Part shown: positions 23,404 to 36,000 of the stretch, piece after piece
Layout of the letters: each line of letters begins with the position of its first letter
Numbering within the stretch: the first letter of the stretch is position 1
NCBI GenBank assembly: GCA_051362555.1
Contig: CM120641.1
Location: 29,952,401-30,016,400 of the forward strand
DNA: 64,000 nucleotides
Direction of reading: 5' to 3'
Source: Lingula anatina
Lineage: Eukaryota > Animalia > Brachiopoda
Program-made: the position numbers and the translations under genes
The notes under the pieces: generated by a model
Told to the model about the DNA's origin: nothing
Database searches by the model: none
The model's input: the letters and a program-made list of their open reading frames with translations, nothing else

Positions 23404-25943
23404 TAATTCACTTAGAACCTGAATTTTTTTGTGTGTCATCAAATATCAGTGGTCTGTTTTTCTGTATTTTATGTTTCCTTTGCTACATCATAAAGAATAA
23501 TAGGTTGATTAGTGAGGGTAGAATGCCCTTACATCTATCCTGGAGCTTCATCATCTCTCATTCACATGGCAAACATGACTTAAAAGGAACAGATGGATTC
23601 TGGGCTTGTGGCAATAAATTTCTGTTGGTGCTAGATGTCACCTGAGCCGTGCACTTTTTTCAAAATTTTGAATTGTGGACGTAATAAATTGAAAACATTC
23701 ATCATGTATTGTTCTGAAACTAAATGGAATGTTTCATAGGACTAAAATACAGACTGAGCCAGAAAAAAAAGTCTTGGAATATTTTTGTTGGAGTTATGCT
23801 GTGGTTTAGTTTATGGACACGTTAATGTCAGGTTTTTAAACACATAGTGGGTATTTATCCTTCTTTTACTTGGATATTCTTAATCTGTACTACAGCAACA
23901 TACATTAAAAAAAGGTTATGGCTTTGCTTTTACAGATTATGTAATACTGAATTAAAATTACTTAAAAAAATAAACTGGACACCAATTTGGACCAACCAAT
24001 GGAGAATCATAACATGCATGGTTCTGAAAAAAAACTTTTTTGTTTTTATTTCTATCGGTTTTGTGTTTTGTCTAATTGGCAGTTTCGCTTTGGATCAAGA
24101 CAAGCACAGATTGCATTAAGTTTTGCCAAAAACTCTTTATTTACTGCCTCGCATGCATTCTTTTGGATAACAGATAAAACTTCAGTGTTCATTGACTATC
24201 TTAATAAACATGTACATACATGTCATCTAACAGGTGACATTATAAAAGCGATTTTGGGGTTAAAATGGAAAAATCAGTGAGCAAAAGTACAATCCATTTG
24301 TATTACCTGCTTGGGACTCCAGTAATGGAATCCTTCATCTTTGAAAAGATATAATTTACATAATATCTCACCTAAATTTTAAGAGAGATGATAATTATTT
24401 TAGTCTATTGCTGCTTCTCAGATTTTCAAACTATTAAATCACTTTTTTATATTGATTAGAAATTAAAGATGACGGCATAGTGCAATGTCTGTCTGTCTGT
24501 GTGTGTGTGTGTGTGTGGGGGGGGGATCTGCAGCTTATTACCAGTAGAGCATTTACCTGTCTTGATAAGGGTCCAGATATGTCATGTCATTGAATACTTC
24601 TATGCGTGTCAAGTACATCTTAGCATTTATATTAACTGTAATGCTACACTTCAAAAATTTCAATTACATTCACTTTTGATTGTAAATCTCTGGTGACCTA
24701 ATTAGACAATAAACTCCCTTTGGTGTTTTAGGGTTATTTTGCTACCAGGTCACTATTATTACCTTTTGTAATTGCTTGTTTCAAGGATGGGGGGGGGGTG
24801 TCATCATGAGCTTTAATGGATTGTTTTTTTAAAGACACATTCATGTTTAAGTTTTAAAACATGATAGTTAATTAGAATTCTTTTTTTTTTTTTACAACAT
24901 TACATTATGTAAAAAAATAGTGGTGGATCTTACAGATGAAATTTTTGTTTCTACTCTTGAAGTGACAAAAAAGTAAATTGAAATAAAACTTGATATGATT
25001 TCTATCTAAGAGACATGTTTGATCCCTCCATCATAGTGCCTTCATCATATGGGAGAAAACTTTGACACCCTCTTTATGTAAAAATAATTTACTTTTTAAC
25101 CATCATAAGACAAGATGCAATAAAATACCCTCTTACTTAAACGTATTTCCAGGATGTTCTGATTAAAAGCTCATGTTCATGCAGTAATAGTCTATAATCC
25201 GCTTTGTTAAATGTTAGTTCCTGACAGTTCAGTAATGTTTTCAGGTTTGAGCCGGTAAGGTGGTCTATGAAGAATCTTATATTACTGTGATTGATCATGG
25301 AAAGAAAACAGCTTAGTTTATGATGTGTGATGTAACACTGATAGCAACTGTGCCTTGGTACCAATGTATTTGCTAAGATCAAACCAACTATGATAAATTT
25401 GTCTATCAAACAGCTTAAGAGGCTAAGGCGTCTGATTGATAAGAATAGATCTACCTAACTTCACCTGAAAAGTACAAGCTTTTCAATATTGTGGCCTGTT
25501 GTGTAATGGGAGATAGCCATGCCAGTCAGTGCACTGCTATCTTTACATGTATCCGACCAATTTTAAACCAGCCATAATTAAGTATACTACCAGACACGCA
25601 GGAGATTATGGCTATTGGGAATAAAGTGACCTTACTGCATCTTAGCTGTTACCTTGAAAGATTTTGTGTGATGTTTCTCCCTATAATGCCTTTGGTATTG
25701 TGCCTTTCCCTTGTGTAAAATAGTTTTAACAAATTAACCAGAGTTAAAAATTGATATTTGACTGTACAGTTATGAGTCGAGTTGTAAACAGTTGCTTGTG
25801 AATGGATATGAAGCTATAGATTAAAAAAATGTATTTGCATTTTGGAAAAAAAAACAAGATTTGCTGATTAAAAAAATACCTTTCAGAGTAAACATTAAGT
25901 ACTTTGGCACCTCTGTACAATGTATTTTATTTTGCAGACCATA

Positions 25944-26548
25944 TTTTTATGTACAGACATTATGTAATATTGTATAAAATTGAAGAAACCCTTTCTGTGT
26001 GATTGCATTCTTTTTCTGGAAGCAGTTCTTTGTAAAATTTTCATTTTTTCACATATTGGCATTTTCAATGTAGGACTTGGAATTTCCATGGGCATGAAGC
26101 AGAGTTATAGTTACATTTTCTGAATATCCATGTTATGTATAGTAGATGATTAGAAATTGGTTTTGATTATGCTGGTAATCATTATGTAATACTGCATAAA
26201 AATTGACGTAAAACTTACTTTGTGCACTGCCACCACAAAACTGTATTATTTATTATTTTGTAACTTACAAGAATGCTTCTAAGGATTGCCCTTCAGCTCA
26301 AATTAGAAAACCAACTCTATTGGATTATCATTTTCTTTTTATCATTTTTATCATTGAATTTATGGAATTTTTTGTAAAATTATCATTTTTCTCATTTGAG
26401 CATATGCCAGGTTTGAACTTGAACTCTCCTATAACAGAAGCCTTATGCTAGTTACATATTCTAATATTGGTGTTACCTGTTGTAAATTATTAAAATTAAG
26501 TGTTTTTCTGCTTTTTGTCTGCACATTTGACATCTTTGCTGCCTTGTT
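25944..26548 (+). mobile_element. HINE-like element, deletion derivative
   Basis: TTTTATGTACAGACA start, ~340-bp-unit body, 3' TGTCTGCACATTTGACATCTTTGCTGCCTTGTT. Confidence 0.75.
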
Positions 26549-26761
26549 ATATTAAGAGCGTAAATTTTATTTTTGATGAGCATGGATGTGAATTGGTGTG
26601 AAGTAAACATGTATTCCAGTGTTGTTGGGTGCAGCAAACTATCAGTTCATTTCATCCGTAACCTATGATGGTTTACCAAAACCACAAATCATGAGTTATA
26701 GGCACTTGTTTTGAAATACCTTCCTTTTTGCACATTGCCATGATTTACTTTTCTTTCTTTT

Positions 26762-27293
26762 ATTATGTACAGACACAGTGTGTCCCTGTAAATACAGCTA
26801 TCACCCATGCTGTTGTCATTGACAGAAATGCTATTTTGTGCACTGTCATCTTTAATGCTATAAATGGATAAACATCTGCCTGAGTATCTTCAAACTTATT
26901 GGAGTGATTCATAGCACACCATGAAAGAAAATTTGTGATATTTATTATTTCCAAATTTACAAGACCATTCTAAGGACTTAAGTATAGTTTGAGTTTGAAA
27001 ACCAACCTGATTGGATTCTAATTCTTGAACGCATGAAGTTATTGTGAAATTTTTATGTTTCATACATTGGCCTTTATAAGGAGTGACTTTGAGCTTCCAG
27101 GACTTGGAAGTGCTGTGCCAGTTACCTTTTCTGAATATCCATAGTAACAGATTGTACATTATTAAGAATTGGTGGTGGTTATGCTGTTTAACACTACATA
27201 ATATCGAATCAGCAAGAAAAACCATTTTGTGCACTGTCATCATCATTATTACTGCTTTATTTCTGTACATCTGACGGCTTTGCTGCCTTGGTT
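26762..27293 (+). mobile_element. HINE-like element, deletion derivative
   Basis: ATGTACAGACACAGTGTGTC start; 3' CTGTACATCTGACGGCTTTGCTGCCTTGGTT. Confidence 0.75.
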
Positions 27294-27344
27294 CTACCTG
27301 CATTTGGCGATATTCATAAGTACTTAACCATATTTTTGTTTTAC

Positions 27345-27589
27345 TTCAGATTTACTAGAGCTGAACCTGTGCTCATGCTTTTAGATGGAGTACTTGTGTA
27401 ATAACAAGACCAGTACAAAGAAAAAGTCAAATTTTGGAAGGCAGATGTACATTGTTCATGAAGTATGTTACTATAGATATATACTTTTTTCATTGTTTAC
27501 TGGAATTTTCTAGTTTTTACTAAAATGGTAGTTTAGGAGTGACTTTTTTCTGTTAGGTGTCTGTATATTGACAGCTTTGCTGTGTAGTT
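27345..27589 (+). mobile_element. HINE-like 3' fragment
   Basis: 3' GTGTCTGTATATTGACAGCTTTGCTGTGTAGTT; left boundary approximate. Confidence 0.55.
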
Positions 27590-28262
27590 GAAATTGTATG
27601 TTGAGAATGATGATAATATGAAATATGTTTATGGTGCAGTCCATCAATGCACCTTCTTCAGTGATTTACCTTGACAAAGGTAGGGGAATTTAATACATAG
27701 TATGGTGCAACATTATGACTGTGTTATGTTTCCAGAAATCAAATATGAACTAACTGATCTCCATGTTAATTCTCTGGTTGAGAACTGAAGTCTCTGCAAT
27801 CCAGCTGACCATCAGACAGACCTTACTCTTTAATGAAAACTACTGTATCCCATCAGCACCTGGTATATATTATACACAAGATGAAGCACATTGAAATATA
27901 TGAAAATGATTCCTACTAGAAATTGAAGCCAATAAGAATACATTTACTAGAGACCTTTTACACAATTAAACTGAGGCTGGCTTTAACCTGAACTCAGAAT
28001 AGAAGCCATAATAGCAGTTACTCAGTCCTAAACAACTGAAATTGTCCATTAAGACAGTTCTCAGACACCTACATAAAATTTCCCTATCTTCATCTTAATT
28101 TGGTAAAAAATAAGTTTCTAAAATGTAATTTGACTGTGAAATTACCATGGTAGTAGTGTGAAAGATTAATGGGAAGTTTTACTAATTTTCAACTTCTGAA
28201 AAGAATCACTGATTTGAGTATTGCATTTTAACACAAAATTTCTTAAACTTAAAGGTAATGGC

Positions 28263-30443
28263 TTTTTATGTACAGACACAGATGTGTCTGTACATATTGC
28301 CATCACCTGCGTCTGTCGTCGCCGTCGCCGTCGGCGCCGTGCACTTTCCTTGTAAACACGATAAGTGGAAGGCAGTTTTACTTTTTGGCTTTATATTTAC
28401 AGAGCTGATGAATATTCATAAAATGCAGGTCAAGTTCGAAAATCAGCATGACCGGGCCATTATTGTAGAAGTTATGCTGTTTTTTCACTTTTCAGCATAT
28501 ATGCAACACTGTAAACACATTTAAAGGAAAACCGACAGGCCTGTTGTCATGAAACTTACAGGAGTACTCAATCTTACTAAAATGCAGGTCAAGTTCGAAA
28601 ATCGGCATGATCAGGCCACTATTTTAGTACTTATGCTGTTTTTTCATTTTTCAGCATATATGCAACACTGTAAACACAATATAAGAAAAACAGATAGACC
28701 AATTGTCATTAAACTCACAGGAGTGGTCAATCTTACTAAAACGCAGGTTGAGTTCGAAAATCAGCATAATCGAGCCATTATTTTAGAAGTTATGCTGTTT
28801 TTTCACATTTCCTCAGATTCAATTCTTAGGCATGTTAACAGTCTCATTATTTAAGTAATAAGATTAGTAAAAGTGTTTGTTTGACATATCCTGCATCTTT
28901 ACAACATTGTTAGTTGATTTTGTAAAAATGATGGTAAACTTGTAATCGTCCATTGTGTTATAAAGTTTCAAAAATGGAAATTAACTCATATCATTGCAGT
29001 TTGTCAGATTGAATCATTCACTATGTTCAGAATCTCAGAATGGAGGAAATTGGACATTTAACACTATTCTATTGATATTTTTCCCATCTCATCAATTTTC
29101 TTAGTTGGTCATATAACAATGGCAGTAAACTGTTAATTTTGTTTTATGTTAAAAATTGTTAAAAATGGGAAAACACCCATTTCAGAACAGTGCTGTCTTG
29201 TTTACATTTTGGCATTTTCAAGGTGTGACTTTGAAGTTCCATGGGCCTGAATACCTTCGCTAGTCACATTTTCTGAATATCCATGATACTGATATTTTAT
29301 TATTAAAAATTGATGGTCATTATGCTGTTAAACATTATGTAATATTGCATCAAAATTTGAAGAAACCCCTATTTTGGGCACTGCTTCCATGATGACTATT
29401 TAAGGAAAACCGTGTCACTTACTATTCTCAAACTTACAGGAAAGAAACACAGGACTAAAATACAACTTCAGTAAGCAATGCAGTCTTTTTGGTAAATTTT
29501 TCTGGCAATTAAACAGTTTTTTTTTTTTTGTGAAAATTTAACTTTTCACATATTGGCATTTTCAAGGTGTGACTTAGAACCTCCACGGGCTTGAAGACCC
29601 ATGCTAACCATATTTTCTGAAAATCCATTATACACATATTTTACTATTAAAAGTTGATGGTCATTATGCTGTGAAGCATTATGTAATATTGCATTAAAAT
29701 AGAAGAAAACACAATTTTGGGTGCTGCTGCCATGATGACCATTATGGGAAAACCATGTTACTTATGATTGTCAAACTTTCAGAAAAGAAACACAGGACTA
29801 AAATGCAGCCTGAGTTGGAAAAGCAGTCTAATTGGCTTCTTTTTCTGGAAGTTATACATTTTAGTGAAATATTCATTTTTATCGTGTGGCATATTCATTG
29901 TGGGACTCAGAGCTCCCATGGACATGAAGCTGAATGGTAATCAAATTTTCTACATGTCCATGCTATTTATAGTCAATAATCAAAAATTGGTGATAATTAT
30001 TCTGTAATGTATTATGTAATGTTACATCAAAATGGACAGAAATCTTTTTGCACTGCTACTACAAACATTATGAAAAGAAAACTGTGTTACTTATTATTTT
30101 TAACTTACAAGTATGATTTTTAAGATTGGAATGCAGTTCAAATTGGAAAGCCAGCTCAATTGGGTTATCATTTATTATTGAATTTATGCAATTTTGTGTG
30201 AAATTTTCATTTTTCTCATTCTGGCATTTTCAAAGTGTGAACTTGAACTCCCATGGGCCTGAAGCCTTATGCTTGTCACGCATTTTACTTACATTGGTAT
30301 TACCTGTTGAGCATAATTAAAATTTGATGTTGAATTTGTAGTTAAGCATAATGTATTTTTACATCAGAATTGACAGTAGCCTATTTTTTGCATTGTTATT
30401 TCCTGCTTTTTGTCTGTACATTTGACAGCTTTGCTGCCTTGTT
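28263..30443 (+). mobile_element. Longest HINE/Helentron-like non-autonomous element (~2.2 kb) with two internal tandem arrays
   Basis: 5' T-run and 14-bp-arm hairpin, (GTC/GCC)n microsatellite, 159-bp units (anchors 28421, 28580, 28739), ~335-345-bp units (anchors 29211, 29555, 29888, 30223), 3' subTIR TGTCTGTACAT and GACAGCTTTGCTGCC hairpin, then TTGTT. No TSD. Confidence 0.85.
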
Positions 30444-31272
30444 CAATGTTAAAAAGCAAACCAAACTGTAACTTTGCAGTGAAGACTCCAAATACTAGGC
30501 AGTTATTCTAAGTTTCCATTACCGGTGGAATACAATAGCTAGATCAATCTGTCATAGGTTTGTGTGCACATGTGATGTTTATCGTGTTCATACCCTGTTG
30601 TCAGATCCGAGTCTACCATGGTATCCCATCAGCACCAGTAACTCATTTGTTCACACATATGGCCTTTCCAAAGATGAACACTTAAAAGTAGGTTTATTAT
30701 AAGACAATTTTAAGTGACTTTTAGTTTGGAGTTTGCAAATTGTCTCCTTTCAACTTTTTATTTGTTTAAAAGGCCTTAGGAGAATGTATAAGATTTTGAT
30801 TAAAATACTTTGCCAGGCAGCCATTTAGTGGCTATTAAAATGATCTTTAACTATGAAATCTCATGATATCAAAGTATTTCTTTATGTTCCAATGACATAC
30901 AATTTTAAATAAAAGTTCAGTAAACCATTACATAAAAATTTATATTTTCTTAGTCATGGTCACTTACATATACAAGTATATTTCTTTTTAGTGGTATTTA
31001 ATGTCTATTTGAAAGTAATTGTGGAGTTGTTTTTCTATCCTATTTCGGGACCAACATCAGATAATAGCTATGTCAAGATGTTCAGATAAATTAAGACAAG
31101 ACACTTCCCAATAAAGATAACATCTGAAGATCCAGGCTTGATCAGTGATACAGTGCATGATTCTTTTTATCTTTTTGATGCAAGGTAGATAAAAATAGTC
31201 TCAATGGGCCATCACCCTGGATAACTGTTACAGACTCTCTACAATTGGAGATGGGAATTAATATACCTGCAT

Positions 31273-31520
31273 GGGCACATTCCCATAGACACCATCGATC
31301 TAAATAGATTGATCTAACATTGCAGAGATTCTCACTGAATGCAATCAGTAACAGATTAGCATGCCTCCCCCTGTTGTTGAGTACAATACAGAAAAGCATA
31401 TTAAAAATAACATTGGTAACGAGGAGGTGTGTTAATCCGTCAAACTGATTGCATTCAGCGAGAGTCCCGGCAGGGTAGGATTGATCTTCGTAGACCAATG
31501 GTGTCTATGGAAATGAGCCC
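31273..31520. mobile_element. Harbinger-like MITE (248 bp) with ~30-bp TIRs
   Basis: GGGCACATTCCCATAGACACCATCGATCTA ... TAGACCAATGGTGTCTATGGAAATGAGCCC; TSD not intact. Confidence 0.75.
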
Positions 31521-32623
31521 TTGTGCACATGTAACAGAGACATCAGTTTTTTTTTTTCTTTTTTTTTTTTTACTTATTATATAGATATATATGAACATTT
31601 ATGCTTAACATGATTGTTCCTAGAACAGCACAATATGACGAAAAGAAATAAAATTGTACTATAGGCCTGTTGGCCAAAATGACTAGGAATAAAGATCTTG
31701 AGGTGGTAAATATACTTCCTTGGATGACAGTTATTTTTAGGGTTCTAAATTCAGAGTGTTTATCATATGTGCAGCTGAGCATCTATCAGCGAAATGGACC
31801 CACCAATACAGAGTGACTGTATATCTGCGTCCTATTTACTGTGCCTGTCCCAAAATTGCGCTACTAGCTTTGAATAATATCTGATAACACTTTGGTTGGA
31901 ATTGGCATAAGATACACATAGGCGCTGTTGATAATCGAGACTGTGGAAAAGAAAAGTGTGCAATTTGTGGGTAGGAAGCGCTGATATCTGAAAGAGGTGT
32001 CATTCTCCTTTCTGCACAAACAACTTTTTCCTGAAAGGCTTCACTTATAAATTTCAATAAATTATGAAACGGGCTACTAAAGAAGGAAATTGTAGACAAT
32101 TAGATTTACTTCAAAGGAAAACTTGATGGTTTCCCCCATAAACTTCAAAATAACCCCACCCACAGAACAAGGTGTTATCATTATAAGATAACAAGAAACA
32201 GCACTAGCTGCTTTTCTGCAATGGTCACTGAATGATATCTTTCAGTCACATGTTTTATTTCACTATAAATTATTTTTCTTGCTGTGAATTATTTTTAAAG
32301 GAGTGGAGGGGGGGGGGGGGAGAGTCCTGTTTTTGTACTGGTAACATTCATATTGATGAGATTCTTTGTGAGTTGTACAATGTATAAAAAATGTGGACAG
32401 TGGTCAATTTCTCCCTCATCACATCTGACAGTTATGGGCACCATTATTTTCATTTGTTTACCATAACATTTTTATGGACTCAGAACTGATGGCAAGGACA
32501 GGATTATGCAATATATACCTCACATCCTCCCCTGAATGTCATAGTGGTTGTTTTGACTGGATTTTAGATACATCTGGCCACTATTTACTTGACTTTTTTT
32601 TCTACATTTTCTCTCAAGTTCAT

Positions 32624-32776
32624 GGGTGCATAGCTATATTCCAAGGGACCTTTGCTCTAAGGGGTTGCTATGCCGAATGCTTCTTGGACCCTCTATCCTT
32701 CAGGACCCTCAGGCTTAGAAATATTTGGAATATGGGACCCTCAGAACAATAAACCCACGGAATTAAAGATGTCCCC
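32624..32776 (+). mobile_element. Short DNA transposon with GGG...CCC termini and 8-9-bp TSD
   Basis: Flanks AAGTTCAT (32616-32623) and AAGTTCAC (32777-32784); start GGGTGCATAGCTATATTCC shared with 49581; ~16-bp internal subrepeats. Confidence 0.7.
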
Positions 32777-32985
32777 AAGTTCACCACCACTGAGGTGGTG
32801 TGCTATCCTTGATGAATGACAGTTGATGTAGAGGTCTTTTATAAACTGTTTATATACAATGCCTGTTCACTTGATCACTTTGTTGAAAGAATGGCACTGA
32901 GAGGGTTTTTTCGTCATTAATTGAAGCAAGATAGTTGAAAAGATAATCAGAACTGATGTTCACTGATTGAAAGGCATGTCTCCCT

Positions 32986-33039
32986 GGGAAACATCCTTAT
33001 ATTCCTAGGGTTTATTGTTCTGAGGACTCGATATTCTGG
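32986..33039 (-). mobile_element. Inverted partial copy of the right end of 32624-32776
   Basis: GGGTTTATTGTTCTGAGG is the reverse complement of CCTCAGAACAATAAACCC at ~32739-32756. Confidence 0.65.
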
Positions 33040-36000
33040 ATTTTTTTATGATTTATAGCTATCAGTATTAGCTGTTGATTGAAGAAAAATTACTTTATTT
33101 TTATAACAAAGCACAGTTAATGAAATAAATCTCTGTGCCCTGTGCATTTATTGCCAGATGTAAGATTTGTTTTTCATACCTGTAAACCCTTGAAGGTTTA
33201 ATCTAGTCATAGAAGTTTAATTTTACATTGTTTCAGGCATAAATGGGCATGAAAGTGGCATTTAAAAACTGCTCTTAAATGCATATGCTAGCCTTGGTAT
33301 ATGGTGCGCTTGACTAGTGAAGACCTTGCAAGTCAATTATTGTTGCCATAAATAGCAACTGTGCTTTCATTGCAAACTGGCCTCCATACACCCTCATAGG
33401 TCCAGCAAGTGACATTGTGTGGCAAGCTCTGATTCCATTGTATTAATATATGTTATACCTTAATTTCATACGTAAATTCTAGTCTGGGTATATGGTGAGC
33501 TTGAGGAGCAAAAAGTATAAGCTATAATTGTAATAGTAAAAGTATTGTTCATAATGATTTGACTATAGCCCCTTCCCCATCATGATGGCCATCATGATCA
33601 TGGCTTGATGGTCACCCTTATCTTACCTGATGCTTATCAGGGGAAGAAAGTGAACTTCTAACTGTTAGAATTTTCACAGCTTCTGTGCCTTTTAATAAGC
33701 ACTCTCCTTTGGAAATGACAGTGGCTATCCACCCCCAATTTTGTGGCTGAGGTCCTCAGAGATAATGAGGTTGTAGGGAAGGGCTAAGGGCCCCAGGAGG
33801 AGGGCAATCTTGATAAGACAGGTGGGTGGAGTAGCTAGCCTTCCAGACTGTGTAACCAGTGTGTTTATCACAGGGGGAGCAACATTGCCTAAAGCTGCTA
33901 ATGACATTGTAATGTTATATTTTAAGACCCACTTATGTGCAAGGTGAGTATTTTATTTATATTGAGCCAGAAGGCATAGGTAGGTGTTACAGAGCATACC
34001 AGGAACTACTAATGTCTTAGAGGAAAGCTTGACCAAAGGGCTCTGTTACATAATTTGGCATTATATCTTCTTTTGGCAAATTTGATGATATCTCTAACAG
34101 TATGTAATTTATTTAAAGGATATGATTAAATACATGTCTTTAATTGGCAGATGTTAGATCAGATAACCTTCTGGCACTCACTAAAATGTGGAAAAAATAG
34201 CAAAAAAGTTTTGGTCCAATAACACTAGACAGATAGGCCATATCTTTTATTTTTCTTTTAAAAATTTTCTCCATTACCCTCAAATTTGGAGTTGAAAGAA
34301 TATTTTGTGAGCTTAATGTCACCCCAGTTATTTATCAAGGCATTGTGGTGGTTATATTGGGTTCATGAAGATGTTTCTTATTATATCGCCATTTGTGTGA
34401 GTTTAGTAAACAATGTTATGGGGAATTCTACAAGGCTATTGTCCCTTGCAAGTGAAGAGGTTCATTCTTACATGTAGGAAAACGTTTGGTTAAGTTGTGA
34501 TTTTTGTGGCATGGCTGCCCTTGGCTGGGGTAGTTCTGTTTTTTGAGGACAGCACATCATAATTGTTAGTAAAACATCATTGAGTGTATTCTATTGATTT
34601 GTCCCCTTATATGTTGATATTAGGGTGCTCCCCAATCTACCTTGTTATAAATACACCAATCCACATTCATTTCATACAGTGCACCTGGGTAAACAACCAT
34701 CCTTTTCAGGTAAAAATGATGTCATTGCAAGTAGGTCCAAACATATTCACCATAATTCTGAATCTTAATCTTATGTTTATCAAAGATAAGGCTTGAAATA
34801 AAGGTTTATGTTTTTAGCCCCTATCCTTCATTGCCTTTGCAACTGTATTGAATAACCAATGCTTAACAAATGACATTATTGGCCTGGCAAAGGTGGCAAT
34901 TCTTCATGTGAATGGGCATATTGTGTGCAAGGTGTTTGGGAGAATGTTATTTATATGTTAGCTGACTGAATACATTCGCAGCCTGGCATACTTTTTTATG
35001 GTTAAAGCTTTGTAGGAGATCTTAGCAGCAGTCCAGATGGTCAGACACACCCACTATATTGTAGTATTGAAGTATCAAAAATAGTAGCAGTTGCATGCTT
35101 GTTTTACATTAGGAAGATGAAAAAATGGGATAATTCATCTAGTCAGGAGGCTCTTGAGGTGAAGGCAGGAACAATAATACCACTCCTTTCAGAGCTATGT
35201 CCCTCTCTCAACTCTTTTTGATGTGTATCATGTTTTTAAAGTACCACATATATGTCAAGTGCCACAACCCTCAGATGAATATATTGATAATAATTGTCAG
35301 TTAAATTCTGTTTTTCTCCTACTGTTTATCACTTAGTGCTCCGTAGTTTTCTATATGGTATAATTGTACTCTGACTCTGACACTTTGAATTGTTTTTGAA
35401 AAAAAAAAGAACTGGGATCCTGTGTGTTTGTATGTGAGTGTGTGTTAAAAAAATAAAGGATAGAAAACCTGGGATCACTATTAAGATCTGTATCTTAAAT
35501 TCTCCTGAGTCATTATGAATATGTAGTTCTCATGAATCATGAATTTTCACTCGACCCATGTTAGGTTTGTTAGATGTGGATTTTTATCTTCATGCCATAA
35601 ATTGATTTCATTTTGCTAACAAAAAAGAAAGGTTTCGGGAAAAATTACAATTGTTTTGAAAAATGCTTAGAATTTCACGTGTGAACCTATCCAGTGTGTC
35701 TGGCATTTTTGCTGGAAAATGTTGTTTTGAACATTTTGATCATGCATGAGGGTGGAAGAAGTAAAAGGTATCCAGCAGAACTTAGCAGATGTGCTTTAAA
35801 ACAACTGCTGAAAAAATTCTTTGTGCAAAAGTCTGGTACTCACTTTCCCCACAGATCCTGTCAGATGCTACACTGAACCATAATTTGTTTTCTTCTTTGC
35901 ATTCTTATCAGTTTTTTTCTACAAATTAGAATTTGAGGATTTGTATTTGGAAAAGATACATTGAGTTCCTTTCTAACAGGGATCATGGATTCTTGGAATT

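Noticed and set aside
28258-28854. ORFs with repeated peptide MQVKFENQHD...
   Set aside because: Produced by the 159-bp (multiple of 3) tandem unit of the HINE element; interrupted by a stop and no domain similarity.
28421-30300. Regularly spaced repeats as a CRISPR-like array
   Set aside because: Whole units are homologous with no unique spacers; eukaryotic context and no cas genes.
33725-33907. Minus-strand ORF containing AALGN, as in RAD51 paralogues
   Set aside because: The conserved TWSH...TRL continuation is absent; a five-residue match is expected by chance.
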